Source of the DNA: Felis catus
Taxonomy: Eukaryota
Length of the DNA stretch: 64,000 bases
Direction: 5' to 3'
Assembly: GCF_018350175.1 (NCBI RefSeq)
Contig: NC_058368.1
Location: 17,052,001-17,116,000 of the forward strand
Shown here piece after piece: positions 1 to 12,853 of the stretch (positions are counted from its first letter, which is position 1; every line of letters starts with the position of its first letter). The notes beneath the pieces were generated by a model, which was not told the DNA's origin, made no database searches, and saw only the letters and a list, made by a program, of their open reading frames with translations. The translations under genes were made by a program, and so were the position numbers.

Positions 1-104
1 CATATTCCTAATCTCACAGAATCAGTAAGCATAATAAAACAATTTTTATTTTATGCCAGAAGTTTTAGGGTAGTTTGTTACACAATAATAAATGACACAA
101 CACA
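1..104 (+). mobile_element. 3' end of MaLR (MLT1-type) LTR, cut by window edge
   Basis: AATAAA...ttttatgccagaagttttagggtagtttgttacacaataataaatgacacaacaca resembles MLT1 LTR 3' terminus. Confidence 0.6.
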
Positions 105-348
105 GTAGTGAAGACCATTTTTGAGCTTTATTTAAATGGATATATTGTCTGTATTTTTTTGTATTTGGCTTCTTTCTTCCAACATGGCATGTTTAAGATT
201 CAGCCATTTTGTTGTGTTCACTTATTTTCCTTGCTGGACAGTATTCTAAGAATATGCCAATATTTATTTATGAATTCTGCTTTTTATGGTCTGCTTCCAG
301 TTTAGGGGCTGCTTAGAACAATGTTGCTTTTTAAATGTGAACATTCTT

Positions 349-923
349 GGGGCACCTGAGTGGCTCAGTTGGTTGAGCATCCGACTTCGGCTCAGGTCAT
401 GATCTCACAGTTTGTGGGTTCGAGCCCCAAGTCGGGTTCTGTGCTGACAGCTCAAAGCCTGGAGTCTGCTTTGGATTCTGTGTCTCCCTCTCTCTGTGCC
501 CCTTCCCACTTGCACTCTGTCTCTCTCTCTCTCTCTCTCTCAAAAATACATAAACATTAAAAAATAAAATAAAATAAAATAAGATAAAATAAAATAAAAT
601 AAAATAAAATAAAATAAAATAAAATAAAATAAAATAAAATAAAATAAAAATAGGGGCGCCTGGGTGGCGCAGTCGGTTAAGCGTCTGACTTCAGCCAGGT
701 CACGATCTCGTGGTCCGGGAGTTCGAGCCCCGCGTCAGGCTCTGGGCTGATGGCTCAGAGCCTGGAGCCTGTTTCCGATTCTGTGTCTCCCTCTCTCTCT
801 GCCCCTCCCCTGTGCAAGCTCTGTCTCTCTCTGTCCCAAAAATAAATAAACGTTGAAAAAAAATTTTTTTTTAAATAGTAAAAAAAAATAAATAAATAAT
901 AAAAAATAAAATAAAATAAAAAT
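349..923 (+). mobile_element. Feline CAN-SINE with (AAAAT)n tail containing a second SINE
   Basis: GGGGCACCTGAGTGGCTCAG head, (CT)n, A-rich tail; TSD aaatgtgaacattctt at 333-348 and 924-939. Confidence 0.95.
653..880 (+). mobile_element. Young feline SINE (SINEC_Fc-like) nested in tail of previous SINE
   Basis: CpG-rich; diagnostic gtggcgcagtcgg...cagccaggtcacgatc...gtttccgattc...gtcccaaaaataaataaacgttg. Confidence 0.95.
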
Positions 924-1235
924 AAATGTGAACATTCTTATATATCATTCCTGGTGCACATATGCACAATTTAATACCTAGTACTGGAATGCACAATTCC
1001 AACTTGTTTGCCAAAGTTGTTGTGGTAATTTATAATACTAAAAAGTATTTGGGAGTCTTGTGTCTTCCCAAACTTTAGTATTAATAGACTTTAAATTTTT
1101 TTCAACTTGATAAGAATAACGGTGTCATTGTGTTTTTGCATTTTCTTGTTTATTAGTAAAGGTGAGCGACTGTCCATATGTTTAATCGTTATTTGCATTA
1201 CCTCTTAAGTAAAATGCATACTCTTGTTACACTGT

Positions 1236-1431
1236 CTTTTTTAAAATTTTTTTAATGTTTATTTTTTGATGGGGGGAGGGACAGAGAAAAAGGGAGACAC
1301 AGAATCTGAAGCAGGCTCCAGCCTCTGAGCTGTCAAGCACAGAGTCCAATGAGGGGCTTGAACCCAAGAACCGTGAGATCATGATGTGAATGAAGTCAGA
1401 CACTTAACCAACTGAGCCACCCAGGCGCCCC
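1236..1431 (-). mobile_element. CAN-SINE
   Basis: Ends ...gagccacccaggcgcccc; T-rich tail on left. Confidence 0.93.
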
Positions 1432-1639
1432 TACCCTTTCTTTTTATATTAAGTTTGAAGAGGCATTTCATGGACTTTCTAGATATTGATCCTCATCAGT
1501 TGTTTATGTTTCCTATACCTCCTCTCAGTCTCTGGCTTGCTATTTCACCTTACTTCATTGTGTCTTTTGAATAACATAAATTCTTAATTTTAGTAAGTAG
1601 AAATTATCAGTTTTTCCTTTAGTTCATATAATTTCAGAG

Positions 1640-2900
1640 GTAAATATTGTCAGGGCTTGAAGAAACAATTTCTATTCTTCACAAACTGCTTTCAAGTATT
1701 TCAAAAAATAAGGAATCAACCTAATTCATTTCATAAAACATGAAGCATGGATGCTTCTTTTAAAAAGCATTAGGAAGTATTAATTTGATAAGAAAATTTA
1801 ATAAGGACAATATAAAAAAAGAAAACCATAATCACATCTAACTTATAAACAAAAACATAAGTAAATTAGCTAAATTCTAGAAAGTAAAACACAATAGTGT
1901 ATTAGAAATATGCATCATAACCAAGTAGATTTGTCCTAGAAATATAAAGATAGCTCATTATAAAAAGAAAAGAAATAAATGTAATTCACTATAAAAACAA
2001 GTGAAAAGAGTGTTACAGACTGAATGTGTTTCCCTAAAATATATATGTTGAAGTTATCACGTACAATGTGGGGCGTTAGGTGGAGCTTTTGGAAGGTAAT
2101 TAGGTCATGAGTCTAGAGCACCTGCACATGGAATTGGTGTCTATAAAGACACCAGACTTGCCTTCTCACCTCTGGTCTTCTCCATGGAAGCCTACAAAGA
2201 GAGGATGACCGATCTGCAAACCAGGAAGTAAACTCTCACCAGACATCAGTTCTGCCTACACTTTGACCGTGGACTTCCCAGACTCCAGAAGTGTAAGAAA
2301 CAAATGTTTGTTGTTTAAGCCACCCAGGCTATGATGTATTTGTTATGGCAGCCTGAACTAAGAGAAAATGACATGACCACATGAAAAGGTGTACTAGTAT
2401 TGGAAGAAATTCTGCATTTGCCCACGATACTAACTCTTATTAAATTAGGACTAGAAAACCTTCTCAATCTAGTGAAAGATATTTTAAAATATTTTCAACC
2501 AGCTGCATTTGTAATGAACTGATTATCAGTGAAACTTAAAATTGTAACATTCAAGTCAAGTTCAAGAGAGGATTTAAGTAAAGCAAAGACAAAATACAAC
2601 ACCACAAAAAGCAAAAACAAAAAATTACTGCTACCATTATAAAATAAAAAGTAAAATAAAATAAAGGAAATACTTCATCCACTAAGTCATTGTTATCATG
2701 ATGACCAATAGCGATGAAGTTCTCCCTGAAAAAAAAAAAAAAAAAGAAAAGAAAGAAAAGTTTTATAATCTAATAGAACTAATAAAGGAGATAGTCTTAC
2801 AGGTTACAGGTTAACATTTTATTCAAAATTTAAGGGCATTTCCTTAAAACAGCAATAACAGATGGAATATACAGTAAACCAATATCTTGATTATAAGCAC
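1640..2900 (+). mobile_element. Highly degraded old L1 ORF2 fragment (interrupted by LTR)
   Basis: aaagaaaaccata..., catcataaccaagtagatttgtcctagaaat, aatgtaattcac resemble L1 RT-region sequence. Confidence 0.5.
2011..2365 (+). mobile_element. Solo MaLR LTR (MLT1A-like)
   Basis: TGttacagactgaatgtg start; ggacttcccagactccagaa...tgttgtttaagccacccag...tgttatggcagcctgaactaag end. Confidence 0.85.
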
Positions 2901-3039
2901 ACTAACATAAGCTGTGGGAGACTACTTTGGAATTAAAAAAAAAAAAAACATTATTTAAGGACATAAAATGAGGCCATCTTTTTCTTGCCTGGATGGTTGG
3001 ACTAGTTTTATAGCTAACTTCTTTCTTTCTGCAATATAT

Positions 3040-3600
3040 TCTCATCTCCAGCAGCGAGAGAGATCCTTTTACAACATGAGCTAGATCCATTCAAAAGTCA
3101 CCAGTGTCTTCTTTCTCATTTCTAATAAATCCAGAGTACATAATAGAATTCCACAAGGTCCCAGATCTGACTCACACTGTCTTATGCTACCCTTCATTCA
3201 CTCTGACCCACTCCTTTTGCTTTTTTTTTTGAACTTGCAAGATGAACCTACCCTTTAGAGTCCTGGAACTCATGGTTCCCACCATTTGGAATGTCTTTAC
3301 CCAAAACACTCCTGATTTCTTGGGTTCCTGTTCAAATGTCCCATTATCATTACCTTCTTACATAAATAGTGCTTTCTTCTGCCCTGGCATACTTTATCCC
3401 CCTTATTCTGCTTTGTATTTCTCCGTAACACTGTTTGTCATCTGATGTTATGTATATTTACTTGTTTATGTGTTTGGTGACAATGCCATCCCTTTAGAGT
3501 ACAGATTTCTTCAGGATAGTGACTTTATCATTTTTCCTTCACCACTGAATTCCATCCCAGTACACAGATGAATTTGTGTACAGGAAGATGCAGTAATATT
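3040..3600 (+). mobile_element. L2 3' end
   Basis: tggaatgtcttt...ttcaaatgtc...tatatttacttgtttatg...caccactgaattcc typical of L2a 3' end. Confidence 0.65.
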
Positions 3601-3605
3601 TTTTA

Positions 3606-3822
3606 GAGTCTTTTTTTTCCAACATTTATTTATTTTTGGGACAGAGAGAGACAGAGCATGAACGGGGGAGGGGCAGAGAGAGAGGGAGACACAGAATCGG
3701 AAACAGGCTCCAGGCTCTGAGCCTTCAGCCCAGAGCCTGACACGGGGCTCGAACTCATGGACCGCGAGATCGTGACCTGGCTGAAGTCAGACCCTTAACC
3801 GACTGCGCCACCCAGGCGCCCC
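3606..3822 (-). mobile_element. Young feline SINE
   Basis: Perfect 16-bp TSD gcagtaatatttttta (3590-3605, 3823-3838); CpGs retained. Confidence 0.96.
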
Positions 3823-4058
3823 GCAGTAATATTTTTTAAATGTTGCTTCTCACTAAAATAATCTATATACTCAAATAAACATTTTCAGGATATATCATGA
3901 AAGTGGGGAAACTATTTCTAAAGAAGAGGAAAGGCATAAAGGTCTATTTGAAGTAAAAAAAAAAGCATAGACTTGCCCACCAGCATGTTAGTATGTAGTT
4001 ATAATAAATAATATAGTATTTCATCAGTGTTGTTTTAATTAAAAATGGAAAGGATTAT

Positions 4059-4196
4059 GGGGCGCCTGGGTGGCTCAGACCATTAAGCGGCCACCTTCAG
4101 CTCAGGTCATGATCTCACGGTTCGTGGGTTCGAGCCCCGCGTTGGGCTCTGTGCTGACAGCTCAGAGCTTGGAGCCTGCTTCAGATTCTGTGTCTC

Positions 4197-4227
<31 letters not shown>

Positions 4228-4286
4228 CTGCCCTTCCCCCTTCTCTCTCTCTCTCAAAAATAAATAAACATTGAAAATTTTTTTTC
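4059..4286 (+). mobile_element. CAN-SINE
   Basis: Full head/(CT)n/tail; flanking repeat aaaaatggaaagga (4041-4054, 4287-4300). Confidence 0.95.
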
Positions 4287-4299
4287 AAAAATGGAAAGG

Positions 4300-5500
4300 A
4301 GAACCCAGAAACAGTTTCCAGCATATAAAGGACTTGATGTATTAATCATTACAGAGGATGGGCCATCTAATGCATGTTGTTAAGGTGACTGGCTTTCCTT
4401 TAAAAATATTAAGTAGAACATTATTACACACCAAAAATAAGAAAATCATACTGGATAAAAGATCTAAATGTGAAAATAAACTTTAAGTTGTTGGAATAAA
4501 ATAAAGGATATATTTACAATCTTGGAGGAAAGAAAGATTCCTTTGACAAGCACCCAAAAATACAAGTCACAAAAGAAAAACGGGCAATTTTGGTGGTATC
4601 AAAATATATACACTTCTTTTGCCAAAAATATAAAGGCACAGACCAAGCAAAAAGACAAATCACATTCTAGGAAAAGGTATCTGAAGTTTGCAGTACAGAT
4701 AAGAATCAATTAAGAATCAAGAAAAAATGATGTAATAGAAAAATAGTCAAAAGGATTTGAAAAAGCAATTCAGAAAAAAAGGAAACTCAATGGCTAATAC
4801 ATACGTGAAAAGATATTTGCATCCCTAGTAATTGAAGAAATAAAAATCTAAAAAGCAGTAAAAAACCATAGCATAATAATTAGATAGGCATGCAAAAAGG
4901 CATCGTTTTAAAACTCTCGTAAGTCTACAGTTTTGCGAAGTTAGGGAGAAAAGGCAATCTAACACACTGCACGTGGAAGGTAATCAGGTACAACCACTAT
5001 GGAACAATGTGTCAATGTTAAATATTTTTGAAAATGGGGTGCCCACGTACAACAGAAGACATTTATGGAATCATTCATCACAGCAGTTCTTGAAATAAGA
5101 AAACAAATGAGAGGTGCTTGGCTGGCTGGTCACTAGATCATCTGACCCTTGATCTCAGTGTAGTGAATTTTAGCCCCAAGTCGGGGCATTGGGCGTGGAG
5201 CCTACTTAAAAACAGCAAATGAGATCAAGCTGTCTCTACATCTTGTAGCTGCAGGGGAATAGCTACAATGAAAAACCTATGTCATTATGAATCAATATGT
5301 ATCCATATGAATGGTTCCAAGGGCACCACGTTCACATAGGGGTTGCTTTTGAATAATGGGAGAGAGCTGAACAATGGTAGCATCCCCTCCACAGAAACAG
5401 TGTTCTCATCTCTTTCATAGGAAACATACACCGCAAAATCATAAAATGTAAGTGTTAATTCTGAAGAGTGGTACGTATACATAAACACACATTTCAAGAA
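4300..5500 (+). mobile_element. Old L1 ORF2 3' part/3' UTR fragment
   Basis: tggataaaagatctaaatgtgaaa; caatggctaatacatacgtgaaaagat; gtacaaccactatggaa. Confidence 0.65.
5111..5212 (+). mobile_element. Short old tRNA-derived carnivore SINE
   Basis: ggtgcttggctggctg...gacccttgatctcag...tggagcctacttaaaa; flanking caaatgaga repeat. Confidence 0.75.
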
Positions 5501-6104
5501 GGGCAGAAGGCAGATGTGTTACCCAGAAATAGCATTCTGTTCCCTGTATGTCCCTGATGGCTTGAATGCATTAACATACCTGCAAAATGAGTAGTTCCCC
5601 CCACCCCTGGATTAATTTATATCTGATTTTATATAGCCATATATACAAACTTGGTCTTTGGGTTAACCCTCTTTTCTATTAATAGTGCATATTATTGCCT
5701 CTGTAAAATGACAGGACATATATTGTGTTCACTGATTCACAACTGAGCTACAAATTACCTTGAAAGAATGAAGGACCATATATAAATCTGGCATTATTAC
5801 AGCTTGAGCAGCTGTTCGCTCACAGATGAAAACATGCATGTGGCATCATCTGCATTACATACAGACTAATGTTGTGTTTGATTATTTTGTTAATTATTTC
5901 ACAAATAAAATTGCCAACTGTGAGTATTCATTTTGGTATAATATGTGAATCTGGAACTGAAATTTCTGAATTTTTTGTTTGGCCTGAAAGGCAAATCAGA
6001 CCAATGTTCACCTCTATGCATGCTGAGTTTTTTCTCCAAGTAGGACACATATTGCCATCATTTATTGCTATTTTCTTCTTGAAACCTTGATAGGAGGACC
6101 AATT

Positions 6105-6210
6105 AATTAAACACACTTAATAAGCACTACAAATGACATGCACTGTACTAGGCTCTGAGAATATAATGGTGAATGAAATTCAAAACCTGCCCTGAAGGAG
6201 TTAATAATAG
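6105..6210 (-). mobile_element. L2 3' tail fragment
   Basis: taagcactac...gcactgtactaggctctgagaatataatggtgaa...cctgccctgaaggagtt. Confidence 0.6.
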
Positions 6211-6353
6211 CCAGGTTATGGTTATCATAATGTCTGTTCAGCCACCTTCTGTGAGGAAAACAATATACAGTTAGTCAAAAGTCAAAAACGTTAAATACCT
6301 TTTCCTTTCTGAGACTATTTCCTAGGCATTTCATTAAAGGTTAAGAAAAGCTT

Positions 6354-6743
6354 GGGGCACCTGGGTAGCTCAGTTGGTTAAGCTTCTGACTTGATTTCAG
6401 CTCAGGTAATGATCCCACGGTTTGTGGGTTCCAGCCCCGCATCAGGCTCTGATGCTGAGACCACAGAGCCTGCTTGGGATTCTCTCTCTCCTTCTCTCTC
6501 TGCCCCTCTCTCACTTAAGTGTTCTCTCTCTCCCCATGTCTCAAAAAAAATAAATAAACTTAAAAAAAATTTTTAACAGCAGTGCCTGGGTGACTCAGTC
6601 AGTTAAACGTCCAACTTCGGCTCACTTCATGATCTTACGGTTCATGGGTTCAAGCCCCGGGTTGGGCTCTGTGCTGACAGCTCAGAACCTGGAGCCTGCT
6701 TTGGATTCATTGTCTCCCTCTCTCTGCCCCTCTCCTGTTCTCA

Positions 6744-6784
<41 letters not shown>

Positions 6785-6814
6785 AAAACTAAACATTAAT
6801 TTTTTTTAATTTTT
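6354..6814 (+). mobile_element. Two tandem CAN-SINEs (6354-6575, 6579-6814)
   Basis: Two heads and tails; degenerate shared flanks aaaggttaagaaaagctt / aaaggttaaagagaactt. Confidence 0.93.
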
Positions 6815-7646
6815 AAAGGTTAAAGAGAACTTGAGCAAATATTAACTAAGTTACTAGAAAGATGATGTGATAAATATACATGAATTCCTCTGAAATTGTA
6901 TATTAAATTCGGCTACATAGGAAAAATTTTCAAAAGGATTAAATGTGAGCATAAGGGGAGGGTAACATCCCTATGCAGAAACAACCAAGAATTCTAGACT
7001 TAAGGATTGAAATTTATTTAAAGAATGTCAGCAAGATTGTTATCCCTACTGGCCAGCGGACAGTTCTAAGATGCCTCCTGAAAATGTGTGAGCTTCTCTG
7101 ATTCTGAAAGAAAAACTTAATCTTGATTATACAGAGCCCAATGAAGACATCATCTCTATAGACAGTCCCAGCCATTCTCTGCCCAAATAGAAAGACGGCC
7201 TCCCAAGACACTTAGTACATCTACAGACTTTGGCCCAGAACTGAGAAAGAGAAAAAAATAGTAATGATAATGGTAATGTTGTGAAAATGGTTGGCTTAGC
7301 CTGTTTATCGTGCTTAAATTCAAACAAATTTGATTTGAGTCATTGTGATTTCTATTCTTTCTTTTAAGGTTTTTTTTTTTTTAATCAAATTCAAATAAAT
7401 TTAGTCTGAAATAGACATGGTTTTTATTCTTTCCACCATGGTATTTTTTTTCCATAATCTACTTGAGTATGTTCAAATGTATCTCATCATTTACTAGCAA
7501 AATACATTTTAATATTTCATTGACAAAAGAAAGTACACTTTGAGGACATAAAGTTATATAAGGCAATAAAAGATATCTAATAAAAACCATACATGACTAT
7601 TAAGTTTAATTTTTCAGAAATGTATTTTTTAGTTCAAAGCCATATT

Positions 7647-7803
7647 TTTTTTAATATATGAAATTTACTGTCAAATTGGTTTCCATACAACACCCAGTGC
7701 TCATCCCAAAAGATGCCCTCTTCAATGCCCATCACCTACCCTTCCCTCCCTCCCACCCCCCATCAACCCTCAGTTTGTTCTCAGTTTTTAAGAGTCTCTT
7801 ATG
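7647..7803 (-). mobile_element. 5'-truncated young feline L1 3' end (~160 bp)
   Basis: gtcaaattggtttccatacaacacccagtgctcatccc...; TSD tcaaagccat(a/c)tt at 7634 and 7804. Confidence 0.9.
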
Positions 7804-9439
7804 TCAAAGCCATCTTAATGCAATTAGGTAAAGGCACGCCTTTGGTAGCCTCTATGAATTGGCTGTGCTGATGAAGAGAAACATATCATCTAAAATATAA
7901 GTGTCCTAAAAGCAAGTGTTGCTTTGCTTCTCTGACATTCAGGTGAGTTAACAGACCAGGTAGCTAGGAAACAAACAAAACAAAACAAAACAAAACCTGA
8001 TAACTTGATCCTTTAAATTATGCAGGGTTGACACTGTCATCGTGATGCTTCTTTGTATCAGAGCTTCAGATGCAACTTTGAGCAATTAAAGAAGGAAGAA
8101 AAAAAAAAATGTGAGTTATGAGCGTAGCTGCACCAAGGAGTTTGAGTCAAGCAGAGGGCAACTGAGAGTCAGCAATCGGAAAAGCGTGTCATTGTTTGTT
8201 AATATACTATTGCACTTCTGTGACCAGTCCATTTTCACCATTGTTAAACTGCGGGCCATTTTCACAAATGAACTGCATCATGATAGCACCTACTCTGCTT
8301 TGGGAACACCCAAAACAATTTCATAGACTGAGCATAAAGAGGGATATGGATTAATTATTTTAAGTTATGACTTTGAGATGAATATGTTTGATGCATGCAG
8401 GTTGAAAATATGTATCTCATAATTAGTATTACAAATTCTCAGTTATGTAGGGGGAATCAGTTCAATATGTACATCATTTTTCTTTATATTTTTGTCTATC
8501 TTGCTTTGGATTTTAGAACATTTCAACTATTTATCAAGTTATCAACTGGAAGTTAGTAAAATTAGAGTAGTTGATGGAATATTAACTATGCATGAGGGCC
8601 TTGAGTTCTATGCTGTAAATAGTGAACAATATGTTGGGCACATATGATTGAAGCTGTTGAATAAGATGAGATATTAATTTTTTTATGAATTAAAATAACA
8701 TTAATCAGATCTTTTCACTACAGATAACTAAGGTATTTCATAGGTGTTGATAATTGATGTTTATGTAGTCTGTATGATACATTTTATATACTAGTGTTTT
8801 GTTGAGGTTTTTTGCATGTACATTCATGGGATATGTTGATTTGTTTTCTTTTCTTGTAATGTGTTATCCAGTTTTGGTATTAGTGTAATGTTGGCCTCAC
8901 TGAATGAGTTAGGAAATATTCCCTCTTCTATTTTCTGGAAGACATTGTAGAGAATTCCATAATTTTTTCTTTAAATTATTGGGAGAAGTCACCATTGAAA
9001 CCATTTTGGGTTGGTGGTTTTTGGGTTTTTTTTTTTTTTTGTAAGATTATTTGTGTCTAATAAATATGAGCCTGTGCAGATGATCTATTTCTCCTGTGCA
9101 TAAATTTTTGTAGTTTTGTGTTTTCAAGGAATTGGTCCATTTTGTATAAAGTATCAATTTTACTATCATAGAGTTGTTCATAATACTCCTTTATTATTAT
9201 CCTTTTAATGTGTAAGGAGTCAGAATTGATGACGCTTCTTTCATTTTCAAATTTAGTAATTTATGTCTTCTCCCTTTTATCTTGATTAGCCTGACTAGTT
9301 TATTAATTTTATTAATATTTCACCTATTTACTGTTTATTTTCTTTATTGGTTGTCTGCTTTAAATTTCATTGATTTCTGCTCTGGTTTTTTTGGGGTTTT
9401 TTTTTTTTTTTGCCTTTTTTTTAAATGTTTGTCTATTTT

Positions 9440-9885
9440 TTTTTTAAGTTTTTTTTTTTTCAACGTTTTTTATTTATTTTTGGGACAGAGAGAGACAGAG
9501 CATGAACGGGGGAGGGGCAGAGAGCCAGGGAGACACAGAATCGAAAACAGGCTCCAGGCTCCGAGCCATCAGCCCAGAGCCTGACGCGGGGCTTGAACTC
9601 ACGGACCGCGAGATCGTGACCTGGCTGAAGTCGGACGCTTAACCGACTGCGCCACCCAGGCGCCCCTAATGTTTATCTATTTTTGAGAGAGACAGGGACA
9701 GACAGATGAGCGTGAGTGGGGGAGGGGGATAAAGAGAGGGAGACCGAATCTGAAGCAGGCTCCAGGCTCTGAGCTGTCAGCACAGAGCCCAACGTGGGGC
9801 TCGAACTCACAAACTGTGAGATTATGACCTGAACTAAAGTCTGACACTCAGCTGACACTCAGTGGGCTGAGCCACCCTACCCCCC
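9440..9885 (-). mobile_element. Young SINE (9440-9666) inserted in tail of older SINE (9667-9885)
   Basis: TSD aatgttt(g/a)tctatttt at 9424-9439 and 9668-9683. Confidence 0.93.
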
Positions 9886-12654
9886 CCTTTTTGTTTTTGA
9901 AATAACTTGCTTTTTCTCTGGTTTCTAGGTGGAAGCTTAGATGATTGATTTTAGATCATGCTTCTTTTCTAATATATGCATTTAATGCTGTAAGTTTCCC
10001 TCTAAACTCTGCTTTGCTGCATCCCACAAAACTGATTATCATATATTCATTTTTATTCAATTCAAAATATTTTTAAAATTTCTCTTGAGACTCTTGCATT
10101 GATCAAAGTGTTATTTAGAAGTGTGCTATTTAATCTCCAAATATTTGGGAGATTTCCCAGCTATTTTTCTGTTATTATTTTTGAGTTTGGTTTCATTATA
10201 GTCTAAAACCCCGATATGACTTTTATTCTCTTCATTAAGGTGTACTGGTGTGGCTGGGAATGTGTTCTATCATGGCCAATATTCCAGTCAGCTTGAAAGG
10301 ATGTGTTTTCTACTGTTGTTGGATGAGATATTCTATGTCATTTAGACCCAGTTAGTTGATGCTACTATTTATTTCCACTATATTCTTACCGATTTCTGCT
10401 TGTTGGATCTTTCGATCGCTAAAAGAGGTATGCTGAAATACCCAACTATAGTTGGAGTAGTGGGTTTGCCTATTTCTCCTTCTATTTCTATCAGTTTTTG
10501 CCTCCTGTATTTTGATGCTGTGTTGTTAGGTATTTACTGTGTTAAATAATTTTAGGTCCTCCTGAAGAATTGACCATTTTATGACTGTGTAATGTCCTTC
10601 TTTACCCCTGATAATTTTCCTTGTTCAGATACTGTTTGTGTGAAATTAATATAGTTGCTCCAGCTTTCTTTTGATTAGTTCCATCTACCCCTTTAAGCTA
10701 TCTATGTTTTTATATTTAAAATGGAGTTCTTGTAGACAACATAAGTTTGGTCTTGTTTTTATCTACTCCTTCAATTTCTGCCTTTGAATTGGTTTATTTA
10801 AACCATTCACATTTAAGGCAATTATTGATATGTTTATTGATAGAGTTGTATTCATACTACCATATTTATAACGATTGTTTATTTTTCTTTATTATTTTTT
10901 ATCATCTCCCATTTTCCCACCATCTCTGGTTTAATTAAGCCTTTTATGTGATGCTATTTTCTCTTTCTTAGCATAGCAGTTGTATTTCCTTTTCAAAAAC
11001 CTAACTGATTTCCAAGAGTCTATAATATGTATTTACAAATAATCTGCCTCCACTTTCAGATCACACTATACCACTTCAAAGTAGTGGAGTTGATTTATAA
11101 GAGTATTTCCAATTCCATCCTTGTACCCCTCAAAACATTGCTATCATTCATTTCACTCACCCGTAAGCTATAATCATCGAATGGATTTTTACTATTATTA
11201 AATTTGAAAAGCTGTCTATTAGATTAAGAATAAAAAATACAAAAGAATTAATTTCTCCTCGTTGACATGTTTTTGACACTCTTCCTCTCTTTTTACAGGG
11301 ATGAGCTTTTGACCTAAATTTTTATTCACTTTTATTCCTCCCGCAAAGCTCCTTTTAACTTTGGGAAGTTCTACTACAACAAATTCCTTCAGGTTTTGTC
11401 AGAGAAACTTTTTAGGGATAATGTCACTGCATATAGAATCCTAGGTTGTTGGATTTTTTCCTTTCACTCCTTTACATATTTCACTCCACTCTCTTTGTTT
11501 GCATGGTTTCTGATGAGAAGTCTGATGTAATTCGTAGGGTTTTTTCCTATTCTGTAAGTAAAGTGGGGATTTTTTCTCTTTTTTTTTTCAAGATTTTTTT
11601 TTTTGTCTTTAGTATTCTGCGATCTGAATGTGATTTGCCTATAAGAAATTGCTTTCATATTCATCCTTTGTGCTATCTGTGCCTCCTAGGTTTATGGTTT
11701 GATATCTGTGATTAATTTTGGAAGATTCTCAACTATTACTTCAAATATTCCTTCTGCTCCTTTCTTTCTTCTTCTATTATTCATATTGTGCATATGTTAC
11801 ACCTTATAAAACTGTGCCATAATTCTTGAATGTTTTGATTTGATTTTTTAATTCTTTCTGGGTTGTTGGGGTTTTTTTTTGTTTGTTTGTTTGTTTTTGC
11901 ATTTTATTTTAGGAAGTATCTACTTATATATGTTCAAACCATGTATTCTTTCTTCAGCCCTGTATGGTCTTTGCAAGCATCAAAAGCATGCTTGATTTTT
12001 TTTTTTCCCCTCAAAAGCATTCTTCATTTCTGTTATAGTGTCTTGATTACTAGCATTTCATTCAATTCTTTCTTAGAGTATCCATCTCCCTGCTTACTTT
12101 AACCATGTATGCTTGCATGTTGCCCACTTTTAACTAGAACCCCTAACCTATTAATCATATGAGTCTACATTCCCTATCTACTAATTCCAAAATTTCTATC
12201 ATATTCGAAACTAGCATTAAGTCTTCTCATTCATTCTCTTCAGACATTTTTACCTTATCTTTTGGCATGCTTTGCAATTTTTCTTGAAAGCTGGAAACAA
12301 AGTATCAGGTAATAGGAAACGAATAGGCCGTTAGCCTTAATTCGGTTCCAAGATGGGGCTATATTTAATGACCATCTTGATGTAACTACTGGACATCAGT
12401 ATCCCCTGACCATCCTGTTTTGGGTTAGCCCATAGTCTTTGGCTTTCCCTAAGAACTCATTCTTACGTAGAGTCTGCCTCTTGCCGCTCTCCACATTGTA
12501 ACCCACTGTTATTAAACTGGAGTCATGTTGATGTGGTGGTAAGATATGGGGGAAGGAAGCCTAATATAATATAATAATTAAATTCTCAGTCTCTTAGTGC
12601 TTCAGTGTCCCTGGGCTGTGACCTCTTCAAGTGTTTGTTAACTGTTTCTTTCTC

Positions 12655-12853
12655 TTTTTTTTTTTTAATGTTTATTTATTTATTTAGAGAGAATGGTTGG
12701 GGGAGGGGCAAAGAGAAGGAGAGAGAATCCCAAGCAGGCTCTGTACTGCCAGCCCAGAGCCTAACGTGGGACTTGAACTCACACACTGTGAGATCATAAT
12801 TGAGCTAAAACCAAGAGTTGGGCAATAAACTGAGTAACCCACCTGAGTGCCCC
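12655..12853 (-). mobile_element. CAN-SINE (older subfamily)
   Basis: gagagagaatcccaagcaggctc...; flanks aact(g/t)tttctttctct. Confidence 0.9.

Larger units (their letters stand above)
110..1630 (-). mobile_element. Old L1 (L1M-type) 3' region, interrupted by SINEs
   Basis: Degenerate antisense L1 3' motifs (tgtgaacattctt...tggtgcacatatg; ttcttaattttagt...ttatcagttttcc). Confidence 0.6.

Noticed and set aside
349..430. tRNA-like A/B boxes (TGGCTCAGTTGG, GGTTCGAGCCC)
   Set aside because: These are the tRNA-derived SINE heads, followed by SINE body and tail; not tRNA genes.
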